Of a DNA stretch of 64,000 nucleotides, positions 20,133-31,038 are shown piece by piece; position 1 is the first letter of the stretch; each line of letters starts with the position of its first letter. Source of the DNA: Savitreella phatthalungensis. Lineage: Eukaryota. The notes beneath the pieces were generated by a model. The model made no database searches and was not told the origin of the DNA. It saw only the letters and a list, made by a program, of their open reading frames with translations. Location: assembly GCA_051599415.1 (NCBI GenBank), contig AP039703.1, positions 248,001 through 312,000 on the forward strand, given 5' to 3'. The translations under genes were made by a program, and so were the position numbers.

Positions 20133-21290
20133 TTACGCCTCGATCCTGACTCGTGGTATTGAGCGAGAGGATTTGGATCTGCGGGGCATCAAGTTCCAGC
20201 GCGCCGACTTGACAGTTCCTGTGCTGCCACGGCGTGCCCGCGAGGGGTCGTCCTCGGGATAGGTTGTGTCGATGGTGATGATGGATGGCTCGTTCGGGCG
20301 CGGTAGATCTTCTATGAACTTGCTAGGTCGACCTACCTCTTCTGCCCATGGAGACTCAACTACCACGCCATCGTCGAATGCGTGTGAGTCTCCACTACCA
20401 TTCTGACCTTCAGCCTCAGTCTCGTGCTCCGCACGTTGCGACGAAGCTGGAGACTTGACTCTTTGGAGTGCCTGCATCTCTCGATGCGTCGGTGTTCTTA
20501 TGGTCAGTGACGGCGGCGGCGACTTCTTTCGTCCTGACGTGGGCGACAGAGCATGTGCATCTGCGGTCGTCAAGTACGGATTGTCCTTTGTCATCTGCTG
20601 ATGCTGGTGGTTTTCCTTAGCGAGAGCGGTGTCAACCTCTGCCTCGGACGTGGGCCGAACACCAGCTTTACTACCAAGGCCGAACTTGGGCAGCAAGGAC
20701 GAGAGACGGTGACCTTTCTTGGCGTGCTCGAGATCGTTGCCGAACCAGACTTGGTGCGCTGGGGAGGCTAGGGCGTAGCCGTACTGCTGTTGCTGGTTTG
20801 GGTGTGCTTGGAATTGTTCGAGGATGGGGCTTTGGGTTGAGGATTTGACGTCACGCATTGCGAGGTCGAGGTCGCTGCCTTTGGGCCAGGATGCTTGTCG
20901 TTGCGCTTGCGACGACCCCACCCCGTCTCCGACGGCGAAGAGCTTGTCGTGTGCGGCGTCGTTGTAGTGGTGGTGCGAGAGCGTGATATGTGCAGCTTGG
21001 AGGAACGCTAGCGGGTCGTACCCTGCTTGCCCCTCATGGTGCCGATGCCATCGCACACGCTGGTGCCACAACATCGCCTCCACCGCCCAGACCCAATCCC
21101 GTGACCCATCCTCCACACCACCACCGCCCCGAACACGCATCCCAGACATCGTCTCTAGCCACCACCGTCCATCACCAACCGTCCTCCTCAATCGCACCAC
21201 CCGAGCATCCTCCTTGGCTGCACGTACTCGCATGATGGAAGGCGTCGACGCTCGAACTACTGCAAACTCGTCACGGAGTGTGCTCCGCAT
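20133..21290 (-). CDS. Hypothetical protein, 385 aa, largely disordered C-terminal half
   Basis: Long ATG-initiated ORF filling the space between two identified genes; no family recognised. Confidence 0.65.
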   Translation of the reverse strand: MRSTLRDEFAVVRASTPSIMRVRAAKEDARVVRLRRTVGDGRWWLETMSGMRVRGGGGVEDGSRDWVWAVEAMLWHQRVRWHRHHEGQAGYDPLAFLQAAHITLSHHHYNDAAHDKLFAVGDGVGSSQAQRQASWPKGSDLDLAMRDVKSSTQSPILEQFQAHPNQQQQYGYALASPAHQVWFGNDLEHAKKGHRLSSLLPKFGLGSKAGVRPTSEAEVDTALAKENHQHQQMTKDNPYLTTADAHALSPTSGRKKSPPPSLTIRTPTHREMQALQRVKSPASSQRAEHETEAEGQNGSGDSHAFDDGVVVESPWAEEVGRPSKFIEDLPRPNEPSIITIDTTYPEDDPSRARRGSTGTVKSARWNLMPRRSKSSRSIPRVRIEA

Positions 21291-21578
21291 TCTGGATGGT
21301 CTCCTCGTTCCGTAGTCGCCCTAACCCATACTCTTATATGTAACCCTCTGCACATCTCACGCAGATCGAGTTTCACTTGTGGGGCGTTGGGTTTGTTTGC
21401 CGATTTGGCGTTTCCGTTGACACCGTCTGTGTATGTGTGTGTACATGCTTGTCTCGAATTCTGTCATTGCCACTCACCCGCCCATCGATAATCAATCAAT
21501 CCATACATACCCCTAACCCCCCGCAATCTCCATGTAACTTTCAACATGACCTAATTTCACACACCCTCACAACCCCGT

Positions 21579-21887
21579 ATGGTCGTGTCGGAGATCGCTA
21601 GGAGGTTATTTGGGGCGGATGGGGTGGGGAGCGGTGGTGGAGAGAGGCTTGGTGGTGATGAGGATGAGGACTGCTTGGGGTGTAGGGTGGTTGGAGCGAC
21701 GGCGCTGTCAGGGACCGGGGTGTATCTGCTGATTGAAGCACGGCGCCAGCTGGAGAGGGAGGAGGCGCGTGCTCGCGCAGGCGGGAAAGGCAGAGGGGTT
21801 GGGATGCCGATGGGTGTTAGAAAACTCGGATGGTATGGGGTGAGTATCTCGCTGATCGCGGCTGGTCTCTATCGCGCGGTAATGTGA
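21579..21887 (+). CDS. DUF4536/DMAC1-like small membrane protein
   Basis: EDCLGCRVVGATALSGTGVYL motif, plus a second hydrophobic helix ending AGLYRA. Confidence 0.8.
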   Translation: MVVSEIARRLFGADGVGSGGGERLGGDEDEDCLGCRVVGATALSGTGVYLLIEARRQLEREEARARAGGKGRGVGMPMGVRKLGWYGVSISLIAAGLYRAVM

Positions 21888-21994
21888 AGGGTCATATGGA
21901 AAGTTTCACGTGGCAGACGATTCATCGGTCATGTATGCATTAGGTCATGATATGTACAAGAACTGTTGGGTCTGCGCAATAGTCTCGACTGGGA

Positions 21995-23842
21995 CTAGGA
22001 CATGATGATGGCGTCCAGAGCCGCAGCAAGTTGTTGGGCGGTCGGCCGGGCTGCTGGGTCTGCGACGAGGGCAGAGGTGAGTGCCTGCTGAAATGCTGGA
22101 GGAAGACTGTGGAGGTGCGCTTGAGCTTCGGAAGTGATGAAGGCAAGCGGGTTGCCTCGGGCTGCCCAAACGGTCCTCTCGACCATAGATCGAGCGGCTG
22201 AAAGGGGCTCTTCTGCGGTAGCGAGTGCCAGGAGACTGCATGCTAGCGCATATACATCTGCGGAGAAGCCGCCATCAGTGCTCTCGTCGACCTCCGGCGT
22301 GTTTAGACGGCGCAACGGAGACGATGAAGACAATTCGGCCAGAATTTCAGGCGCAGTATATCCCGAGCTACCAACAACGTCTTCGTTGCCTCTTGCGAGG
22401 TTTCTCGGCAGCGGAGATTGATCATTGCAGCCGGGAATATAGGCTTCCTCTAGATCCGTAAGCTGGACAGTGAGCTCTTCGGGTGAAGTCACAAGCGCGT
22501 CAGCTTTATGTGGAGACGGGTAAAGGAGCATGTTCTGAGGCTTGATGTCTGTGTGAACGACCCGAAGGGCGTGGAGGCTGGCAACGGCATGTGCGGCCTT
22601 GCGAGAGAGGTTGAGGACTTGCTTCGGGTCAAGACTCGTCAGACTTGTCGAAGATGATGCAAACGATGGTTTCTGTCTGAAGTCGTCGTGCTGTTGAGCG
22701 AGTGCAGCGACGGGATCGCGGATTAGAGTCCAGAGATCACACATTGCTAGTGGTTTCACAAGGGCGAGTCGGTTCCCAACAAGTGCGTCCGCCAAGACTT
22801 CTGGCACGGGTGATCTGGATGGCAGCGATTGTGCTGCAGCACGGGCACAGATGACACGTGTTGCGAGGAGTTCTCGCCTCAGGGAACGCTCTGCCGCAGG
22901 AGTGCTAGCGCGCTTGACTGCGCATCGTGCGCCCTTGTAGACGCCTCTGTGGACGACTGCTTGAGCTCCACGACCAATGACTCCGTCGATTCTCAATTTG
23001 TCATTCTCGTTGGATTGACCGCTGATCTGCATCAAAGCTGTGGAGGTCTCCAGGGAGACGCGTCGATTGTTGGCGTTGGCGTCAGAGAAGCCCTCGACCT
23101 GACGAACGACGGGGGAGACCGGTGCACTGTCACTGCCTCGACCAGAGTCCTGCTGAGGCTGTCTCTGCTGGGCAAGCCTGTTGGCGGGAGGTTTGCTGGC
23201 TGCACGGCGTGGAATGGAGACAAAGGATGCGGCGCTCACAAGGGCGGTTGCATCGAGCGATGTCGTCCGGTAGTGGGATGAGCTTGAAGAGATCGGATGT
23301 CCGGCAGTGGTCTGATTCGGTGGTTGAAGTATCCCTGCGTCTTTGTGGTCGTCAGCAGGCGCTTTATTAAGCGCTCCCACATTCAATTTATGAAGAACGC
23401 CAGCGTCGATGGCCTGCCTGCGCCGTGAATGTGAGGGTAGTGTGAAGTTGCTCTTGTCCGAGTTGTCGTCGCTGTCATCTTCACTCTCTTCGCTGGAGCC
23501 CCAGGGAACTTGCCTGAGCAAGGGCGAGATGGAAGATACGTGCTGGGTAGAGAAGGTGTACAGTCCAGGAGATTCTGGTGTGTAGGGTGGCGTGAGAGGA
23601 GTACTGCTTGTGGGCTTGCGCGGTGTGGTTGTGCCTGTGGCTGAGGGGGCTTTGGGACGTGTGGATCGGTTGCGACCTTGACTGACGAAGCCTGCTGACA
23701 TGGGTGAGACTGGCGGTGAGTGTTGCGCTGAGGATGATTCATGACTTTCTCTGGTGGTGGTGCTGGTGGTGGTGGCGATTGTGATGCCGCGCTGACGCTG
23801 CTGGAAGGCACGCAGCCTCTCTCCTGCGTCTGCTGTAGCCAT
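21995..23842 (-). CDS. Ser/Thr protein kinase-like protein with a long disordered N-terminus and atypical DLE in place of DFG
   Basis: IGRGAQAVVHRG, CAVK, RRE (helix C), VHTDIKPQNML, LTDLEEA, GSSGYTAPE, ADVYALA, DPAARPTA. Confidence 0.88.
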   Translation of the reverse strand: MATADAGERLRAFQQRQRGITIATTTSTTTRESHESSSAQHSPPVSPMSAGFVSQGRNRSTRPKAPSATGTTTPRKPTSSTPLTPPYTPESPGLYTFSTQHVSSISPLLRQVPWGSSEESEDDSDDNSDKSNFTLPSHSRRRQAIDAGVLHKLNVGALNKAPADDHKDAGILQPPNQTTAGHPISSSSSHYRTTSLDATALVSAASFVSIPRRAASKPPANRLAQQRQPQQDSGRGSDSAPVSPVVRQVEGFSDANANNRRVSLETSTALMQISGQSNENDKLRIDGVIGRGAQAVVHRGVYKGARCAVKRASTPAAERSLRRELLATRVICARAAAQSLPSRSPVPEVLADALVGNRLALVKPLAMCDLWTLIRDPVAALAQQHDDFRQKPSFASSSTSLTSLDPKQVLNLSRKAAHAVASLHALRVVHTDIKPQNMLLYPSPHKADALVTSPEELTVQLTDLEEAYIPGCNDQSPLPRNLARGNEDVVGSSGYTAPEILAELSSSSPLRRLNTPEVDESTDGGFSADVYALACSLLALATAEEPLSAARSMVERTVWAARGNPLAFITSEAQAHLHSLPPAFQQALTSALVADPAARPTAQQLAAALDAIIMS

Positions 23843-23942
23843 TGAACGTGTGAGCGTGTGTGGCAGGAGGGTCAGGGTTGTTGTGAATGGAGGGCTAGTT
23901 GAAGGACATGGATTGAAGAGTGTTTCAGTATACTAAGTTAAT

Positions 23943-23964
23943 CGTGCGTGCGTGCGTGCGTGCG
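23943..23964. repeat. (CGTG)n microsatellite about 100 nt upstream of the kinase ATG
   Basis: cgtgcgtgcgtgcgtgcgtgcg. Confidence 0.8.
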
Positions 23965-25737
23965 CGTCAGGCGAAGATGGTCAGCTGATGATGACGGTAA
24001 TGATGGAGAATGACTTGATAGGAGAAGCGCGTGTCTGTGAAGGGAAGAGTGGACTGTGGAGGTAAATGGATTGATATATGTGATGTGGTTGCGTCCTGTA
24101 GAGAGAAAGGGAAAGGTACTTGGATGATGGACTGTCTATTTGATCATAAGTACATACATATGCATACCGAGTAGACTTGCGTACGTGTATTTGACTTTGA
24201 ACAGTATGGAGCAGAGCAACGTAGATTAGAGTAGAAGAGAGTAAAGTGTAGAGCATGTGGAAGCGAGCAAGAAAGAGAAAGGGAAAGAAGACTGAAATTA
24301 AGTTTCTCTTGCCAGGTTGCCACTCCATTGATTTTAACTCCAATTGGTATACAGTATACAGTCTAGTGCAGTACAGTACAGTACAGTAGATGTATCTCCA
24401 GCCGATTGATTTGAGCTGATTCAAGTATAATCATCTGTCACTTTGGAAATTTTCTTCATGTATTGAGGAATTGTTGTACAGCGATTGCATGCCGATTGGA
24501 CTGCTCGCTCGCTCGCTTCTTCCCTTTCTCTTTCCTATTCTCTCGCGGGTTGGTTTTTAAGCGTGAAGATCCAGAAGTAAGCCGCGGCAGAATCAGTTCA
24601 AGATATATGTGAGTAACTCTAGCTTCAGGTTTAGACGATCACGCTTTGTCTGGGGTGAATCCATTGTGGTTGGCTTTCACTTCTTACATTAATATCTGGT
24701 CTAGGCCAGCCATCTACTTGCTTCACATGAATTGGAGCATTTGACCCATTGAATATTGATCTTACACAAGGTCAATCGATCTGAATGGAGTCATTAAATT
24801 TTGACATCGGGTGTCTCACTTTTTGTCTTTGCCGCTTCATCCATGTATGCATATCTATGTAGACACCCTTTGATATATATTGACTTGAATTGACTTTCTT
24901 TGTTTTCTGTAATGCTCTTGCGGTCTGATTGATCGGCAGGCGGGGAATTGAGTGAATGAATATTACGTACGTGTGAATGCATGGGTGTCTGTGTAAAATT
25001 TGAATATGATTGAATGATTGAATGATTGCAATGAATCGAGGCCTCCCGGTGGAGTAAAATCCACTTGGGAAGCGAGACGTTCCAGACTCTCTCCAACACA
25101 CACATGAAGTCTCGAGCAAATTGTTACACAAATGGAAGCCGACATAACAACTGAGGATTCTGGATGCACCTAGCTAACTAGCTATCTTCGCTTTCCTTGT
25201 CTAGGCCTGATTGACCTTCTTTCAAGACGCGCCTTGGCATTTGTTATACCTTCTTTCTAGACCTCATGAGACCTTAGCTTGCAATTGAGCCTAAGTTTTG
25301 ATGTCGCTTGACTCATAGGGTGACAATCACAGCCGTCAATGTTGCACTTGCTTCAAGGTCATTTGCTTGCAACCACACACCAGACACCGCACCTAACAAC
25401 ATGCCATCATTCAGGAGCTGCTGCGCTCACTCTTCCACCCTCAAATTTTCTTCACCTCACACGATCAAGAACTGTTTTTGTTATGAATGTTTGTAGACAA
25501 GGGTTCTTTGCTAATGATGTGAGATCGGAGTGTGTGTGTGTGTATGGGCGAGTGAATCGGCATAGAGGAGAGCATCTGATAGCTCGAGAGAGGACACACA
25601 TGACTCAGCGTAGTGGAGTGGTTGTGGAAGGGGAACGTTCTCTGGCAAAGGAGATTTTTCCGGGAAAGCGGTGGAGGAGAAAGAAAAGAAAATAAAACAT
25701 TGCATGGTATAGCTCATCCAGGTAAGAAGCAGCGCGC

Positions 25738-28233
25738 TCAGTGGTGGTACCCAACGCCCACACGCCACCGATCCTCACCTGCAGGACTTCCCCGCCGTGA
25801 TCCTGCACCAGCGTGATTGCCTCCACTTGCAAATGGCAGACTCGGTGCCTGCAAATCATCTCCGAGCGATGGCAAGCCTGAACCGCCATAACCATTGCCG
25901 CCTGTGGCTCCTGCACCAGCCGCAGCAGAAGGGTGGTTCTGGTAGCCTTGATATGCGGTGTGCTGCTGTGTGAATTGCCCAGGCTGGACGCGTTGTGGCA
26001 CAGGTGCTCGAAGGGCAGGTGACGATCTACCACCGGCCGTCGTCCCACTGAAGGAGTAGGGCGATGCAGGGGTGGCGTGACCTCCAGCCATCGGCCCTGG
26101 CGACATCGTCCGGAAGCTGCCAGAGTCGTGTGTGCCTCGCCGAGGATCCCACGGATCCTGGCCGCCTGCACCAGCAAATGCAGGGCTAGGCTGCCGTAGT
26201 GGTTCCCGTTCTGTAGGTGAGTTCGGCGCACGACCTCCAGCTGCCGGTATTGCTGGAGGCCTGTTCAGCAGTGACGATGAGCTGCCGTTCTGGTACGCTG
26301 TAAACTTCGGCTCCTTGTGGTACTCATCCACAATGTCAGCCTCGGAGAACATCTCCTTCCGTGAAGTCACACCGCCACCGTTCTTGTTCGAGCCAGAGTC
26401 GCTGCTAGATATGTTGTCGAGCTCTGTCGTCAAGGCCAGGTTCGTCTTGCTCTTCAAGTAGCTGTTGCGCTCGTCCTTCATTCGCTGGTATCGCACGTCT
26501 GGATTCTTGGCAAACAATGCGTATGCGCAAGAGCAGATGATCATGATGAGCAGGATGGTCGAGAAGATGGCGTTGACGACGAAGAAGATGACGCCCATGA
26601 CTCCAGTAACAATCGCCTTGATGCCGAAGATGTTGGTGAAGAAGACGAGTAGGATTGCGTTGAAGAAGTTGACCGACACGATCGCGATGTTGAAGATGTT
26701 GGTTCGACGATCCATGAAGGGCCGCAAACCGACCACAAGACCAAAGTATGCAGCCTCGATCACAATGAAAGCGATTGCCTGGAACACCTGCGATGCCTGT
26801 CCAAGACCGGTGAAGGCAGCTTTGAGGAACAAGTATCCTAGGAAGGGAATGATGAACCAGTAAAGCGCCGCTCGGAACTGAATGTACAGGAAGCCCCAAC
26901 GACTCAGCTGCTTCGGATCGCTGAAGAGAATGTACGCCGCGTTCTGGTGAAGCTGAAGCGAGCGTCTTGCAAGACGAATGACTCGGAATGCAGCGTATCC
27001 AATCAGCACCGTATTGAACAGAAGGAGCACGATCGCCAGAACAACGCATCCCACAGAGTCACGATGCGTCAGCTCCCATAAGCACATCGTCACAACGGCC
27101 GGATAAGTCATCAGGATGATGCGATAGATCATGCCCTTCAGCACCACTTTCCAGCCTTGACGGAATTCGATGAACTTGTCGCTTGCGAGTTTGTTGCGCT
27201 TGACGAGGATAGTGATGATGGCCTTGAAGAGCAGCAGGGACGCGGCAGCGACGAACAAGAGAATCGTCCACCAGCTCACAAAGGTGATAAAAACGTTGGT
27301 GTCTTCAATTCCTGCGACATAGGCCACTCGGTCGACACCACTCAGGATATCGACATTTGTCGATGCATCAGTCTTGACTGCGCGCTTAGCAAGGTCTGAA
27401 AGTCCAACGTCGCGCTTCTGAAGGACAACAGACTTGACAGTATTGACGAGATAGGTGGAGGGCGTGCCATTGGTGGATTTCACATACCAGGTCATGATAT
27501 TCTGCATCCACTTGACATTGATGATTCCGTTAGACCACTGGAAATTCTGCGTCCAGGCGCGTACGATCGGTGGAAGCTCGACGGCAAGCAGGCCAACAAG
27601 AGCCTGTCCGTGGAAGTAGAAGATGAGTGAGACGGCATTTGTCGCAACGTGGGCAGCCGCGTTCGGATGGGCGAGTCCGCTCACGATGAGGGAAACGAGT
27701 AGCGCGATCGCAGCAATCGCACCAGTCACCCACGCAACACCCTCAACGTCGACCGATCGTCCGTTTGTGATGTCAGCGCGCAAGCAAGCGAGTTGCTTTC
27801 CGGTCGTCGAGGAATTGATGTAGATCTTGACGTAGCCATCAATGTCCGGAACGGTGTAGGCGATGCCAGGCACTTGGTCTGCGACCGAGTCGTCAACGGT
27901 AGTCTGGGAAGTGACATCAATGTCATCGGCCTCGATCGGACAAAGCTGGGTCAAATCTGTCGTGCAAGGGTCGATCGTCTTGGTGACGGCCTGGATACCG
28001 TATGCGAAGACTTCGAGCGTCACAATGACATTGCCAGAGACGGTTGACTTGCCGTTGATGTCGAAGGTCAAGGTTTTGTTGTTTGGTGTGTATGTGACAT
28101 CGAAATGTGACGCTGAGATCTGAGAATTTTCCATGCATGTTGACAGGGCTTTTGTGCCGAGTTGACGAACAATGGCCTGTGCAGGCGCTGCAAAGATTGT
28201 CGCTGCACCTAGCAGCAATGAAGGAATGTGCAT
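25738..28233 (-). CDS. TRP-like channel / flavin carrier (FLC family, fission-yeast Pkd2-like), 831 aa
   Basis: Signal peptide, ML-like TRP_N domain (CMENS...DPC...LCP...VPGIAYTVPDIDG...LACL), WTQNFQWS, several TM helices, WGFLYIQFR, RPFMDRRTN. Confidence 0.93.
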   Translation of the reverse strand: MHIPSLLLGAATIFAAPAQAIVRQLGTKALSTCMENSQISASHFDVTYTPNNKTLTFDINGKSTVSGNVIVTLEVFAYGIQAVTKTIDPCTTDLTQLCPIEADDIDVTSQTTVDDSVADQVPGIAYTVPDIDGYVKIYINSSTTGKQLACLRADITNGRSVDVEGVAWVTGAIAAIALLVSLIVSGLAHPNAAAHVATNAVSLIFYFHGQALVGLLAVELPPIVRAWTQNFQWSNGIINVKWMQNIMTWYVKSTNGTPSTYLVNTVKSVVLQKRDVGLSDLAKRAVKTDASTNVDILSGVDRVAYVAGIEDTNVFITFVSWWTILLFVAAASLLLFKAIITILVKRNKLASDKFIEFRQGWKVVLKGMIYRIILMTYPAVVTMCLWELTHRDSVGCVVLAIVLLLFNTVLIGYAAFRVIRLARRSLQLHQNAAYILFSDPKQLSRWGFLYIQFRAALYWFIIPFLGYLFLKAAFTGLGQASQVFQAIAFIVIEAAYFGLVVGLRPFMDRRTNIFNIAIVSVNFFNAILLVFFTNIFGIKAIVTGVMGVIFFVVNAIFSTILLIMIICSCAYALFAKNPDVRYQRMKDERNSYLKSKTNLALTTELDNISSSDSGSNKNGGGVTSRKEMFSEADIVDEYHKEPKFTAYQNGSSSSLLNRPPAIPAAGGRAPNSPTEREPLRQPSPAFAGAGGQDPWDPRRGTHDSGSFRTMSPGPMAGGHATPASPYSFSGTTAGGRSSPALRAPVPQRVQPGQFTQQHTAYQGYQNHPSAAAGAGATGGNGYGGSGLPSLGDDLQAPSLPFASGGNHAGAGSRRGSPAGEDRWRVGVGYHH

Positions 28234-28835
28234 CTTTGTGATATTTTGGGTTGTCTGAAAGAAGGACTGTGGTCGGGACTTGGTATGTCAGTAGAATAGT
28301 GCTTGGCGCCAAATGTCGATGGTCTAGTCCGTAGCTTGCGTCGCGCAGTTGCAAGAAGCGTTTGTGGGAGCAGAATGTCGACTAGCGAGGGTCGAGAGAA
28401 AAGTGCGATCGAAGGATCGTGCTAGATTGCCTGAGATAAGGATCAGACCGGAGGGCGAATGATCGTTGCGCTCTTGCCTTTATCGATCAACTTGTCTGCT
28501 CAAGCCAACGTAGTAGATCGCGCGCACGGCCTCCTCACGTAGCGCTAAGGATCGAAACGGGTCTGATCGCGCACGAGGAGGGAGCTTGACGATGGAACTG
28601 ATCACCTTCCGTTTAAGACGGAGAGAAACGAGGGATAAAATGTCAAGACGGTTGTGTGGATACCGCCCCGCACTCGCTGGTACTACGGCGAGAGCCTGTG
28701 AGCAAGTGTGCAGTCTCTGTGGAGGGTATGCTCGGTTGTGCGTGTATGTGGTGCGTGACCGGTTGATGCGTGTTGCCGGAATGCGAATGTGTGTGGAAGT
28801 GTCCGTGAATGAGCCGGTGTGGACAGAGAGAGGAT

Positions 28836-28917
28836 TGTGCCGTGCTGTGCTATGGAGTGGTGTGGTGTGGTGTGGTGTGGTCTGGTGAGGTGTGTGTGTG
28901 CGTGTATGTGTGCGTGC
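28836..28917. repeat. (TGTGG)n pentamer array followed by a (TG)n tract, upstream of the FLC gene
   Basis: tgtgccgtgctgtgctatggagtggtgtggtgtggtgtggtgtggtctggtgaggtgtgtgtgtgcgtgtatgtgtgcgtgc. Confidence 0.75.
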
Positions 28918-30788
28918 AAGGGAGTTGTGTGTGTATGGAGAGTCCAGATTAGACTTGGCTCTACGTAGGGTCTGAAGATCCGCTGGAGGTGGTGCAGGTG
29001 AATGAGTAACGTGTAAGTGAATGCTTAGCCAGTGAAAGACTGTGAGAGAGCCCGGCTGTAATTTCTGGGTGTAAAAGGATCCAATATTCGTATGTGGAAA
29101 TGAATATGTGGATGTGGACGTGGATGTGTGTGTGTGTGTTTGTGCTGTGTAATCAGTACGCGCTTCTGTGAATGTTCATGGCCTGTCTTGCAAGCACAGG
29201 AGGGACAGATCACTATTCTGCCGTGTTGATATGGGCATTGAATAGTTGTATTTGAAAACGGAGGATTACCTGGATCTGAGCGCAGAGATCTATGAGACAG
29301 TATGACTCCTTTGGATGATCAATCATTTTCTTACTCGCTACAGATTTGCAATTTCTTACCCTTCCCTTGAGAAAGAAAGTACGATGTAATCATATGGACA
29401 GTCAAATTCGAAGTGACGCCGATCAGAATGACTTGGTGTATGTGTTACTATATTGGGCTACACTCGCTTCAGCTAGCCTTCCCAAAGGCTTGGCTCTTGC
29501 CATTTATTGCACAGTATCGCTCACGCTTCCATAGATCTCCACAGGCTGCTCCCCCAGTGCTAGTCTCATCGGGGAACTATCTCTCCTCGGAGTTTGACTC
29601 TCCTGTCCGCTCACGGGTCGAGCTTTACAAACGTCACTGTTCGACTGCTGCAGGATGATCGAATTTGCCAAGGAGGTGGATGTACCCAGGCTGAACGATA
29701 AAATTCACGTCGTTTCACTGTCCATCAGGGAAGCTTACACACCCCCTGGAGTAGTCAATTAGAGTGCTTGCATTCACGCGGGCGTGGGTTGCTGCGGTGC
29801 AGCTATGTGTGTCTGCGAATGGATTTGCTGAAGAATGCACAGCCTGATGCTCTAATCAAGGATGCACTCAATGTCATGACCCCTTGACTTGCACGTATCA
29901 AGCTCAATCAAGCGGAGCAAAAAAGGCAGACGGCCCGAAGAATGCTTCTACCCGCTGCACGAAAGGTCAATACTTAAGTACACAGACTCTACCTGACACA
30001 TGTGCGCTACAGTCATTGTGGCAGAGCCCATTGATCACGCGCACGGCGACAGCGCTGCGCCCGCGTAGTGCGTGAGCTTTAATCAGGGTCTCAAAGATCC
30101 TGCAATCAAACAGATGAACCATGTCCTTGCATGCCATTGCCAAGTGCGCAGCAGTGTTGCTCGCTCTCGGGGGGGATTGGAACTCATCATCTCCAGGGCG
30201 CAGGTAGACTGACCACATGGTTGACGCTCATGATGTCTGAAACTGTCGTCACGATCATCGTTGCAATTTGCATTCGATGCTGGTACTCTGAGACCGGCCG
30301 CGTGTGTATCTTGATGCCCAAATTTGTGACCGAACACGCGGCTGAAATAGCAAAAGGCAAGGATCATCGATCTTTGGTCCTGCTTTCGAGTTCATTTTGG
30401 AAAGAGAAATGAGCCGCACTCGGGATCTCGGTACGGCCTATGGGTCCGAACGGGAAGACTTCCGAAAATAGATCAAATCGAGAATTTCTAAATAGCATGC
30501 ATCTGTGAGAGGGAAATAGCGCGAGCTCCATTTCTTCGAACACACAGCTTTGATGTGAGAAATTGGTGGCTCTTGTGGCAGTAAGCACGTGTACCTTGCT
30601 TCTTCAGATGGACTACACGTGTCTCAGGCGGAATCACAAATCACCTGTTAGATGGTCGATTGACGCAATCGAGGATTTTTTTGAGAGAGCGAGCCAGACA
30701 TTTCACTCGAACTTTACTGACCTTTGATCTCGCCCTCAATCGTACAGTCTGCGATAATCTTGGTCATCGCCATCGGCCCGAATATTCA

Positions 30789-31038
30789 ATGGACGCCAAG
30801 ATCGGCCAGCAAAAGCCAAAGCTGGCGGCTGATGGTCGACCAAAGCCATGCTGTAAGCACTCCTGATCCGCTGTGAATGATCGATGAACATCGCTGACAC
30901 GACGATACAGGTATTTGTCTCGACGAGAAGAAACTGCGCGACGAGTGCATGTTCCAGCATGAGGATGGCATGACGAAATGTGCAGACCTGATCGACGCAC
31001 ATCGGAAGTGCATGGCCGGCTTTGGATACAAAGTCTGA
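30789..31038 (+). CDS. COX17: Mitochondrial copper chaperone Cox17, 2 exons (30789-30852, 30911-31038), 63 aa
   Basis: Spliced MDAKIGQQKPKLAADGRPKPCCICLDEKKLRDECMFQHEDGMTKCADLIDAHRKCMAGFGYKV has KPCCxC plus twin CX9C. Intron 30853-30910 is GTAAGC..GCTGAC..CAG. Confidence 0.96.

Noticed and set aside
21320..21520. CCCTAACCC telomere-like words in a divergent promoter
   Set aside because: Isolated single copies, not an array, and no evidence for a telomerase RNA; at most Tbf1/Teb1-type sites.
23981..25768. Short ORFs in the kinase-FLC interval
   Set aside because: Low-complexity AT-rich sequence with simple repeats, no consistent splice model and no homology; treated as UTR or promoter.
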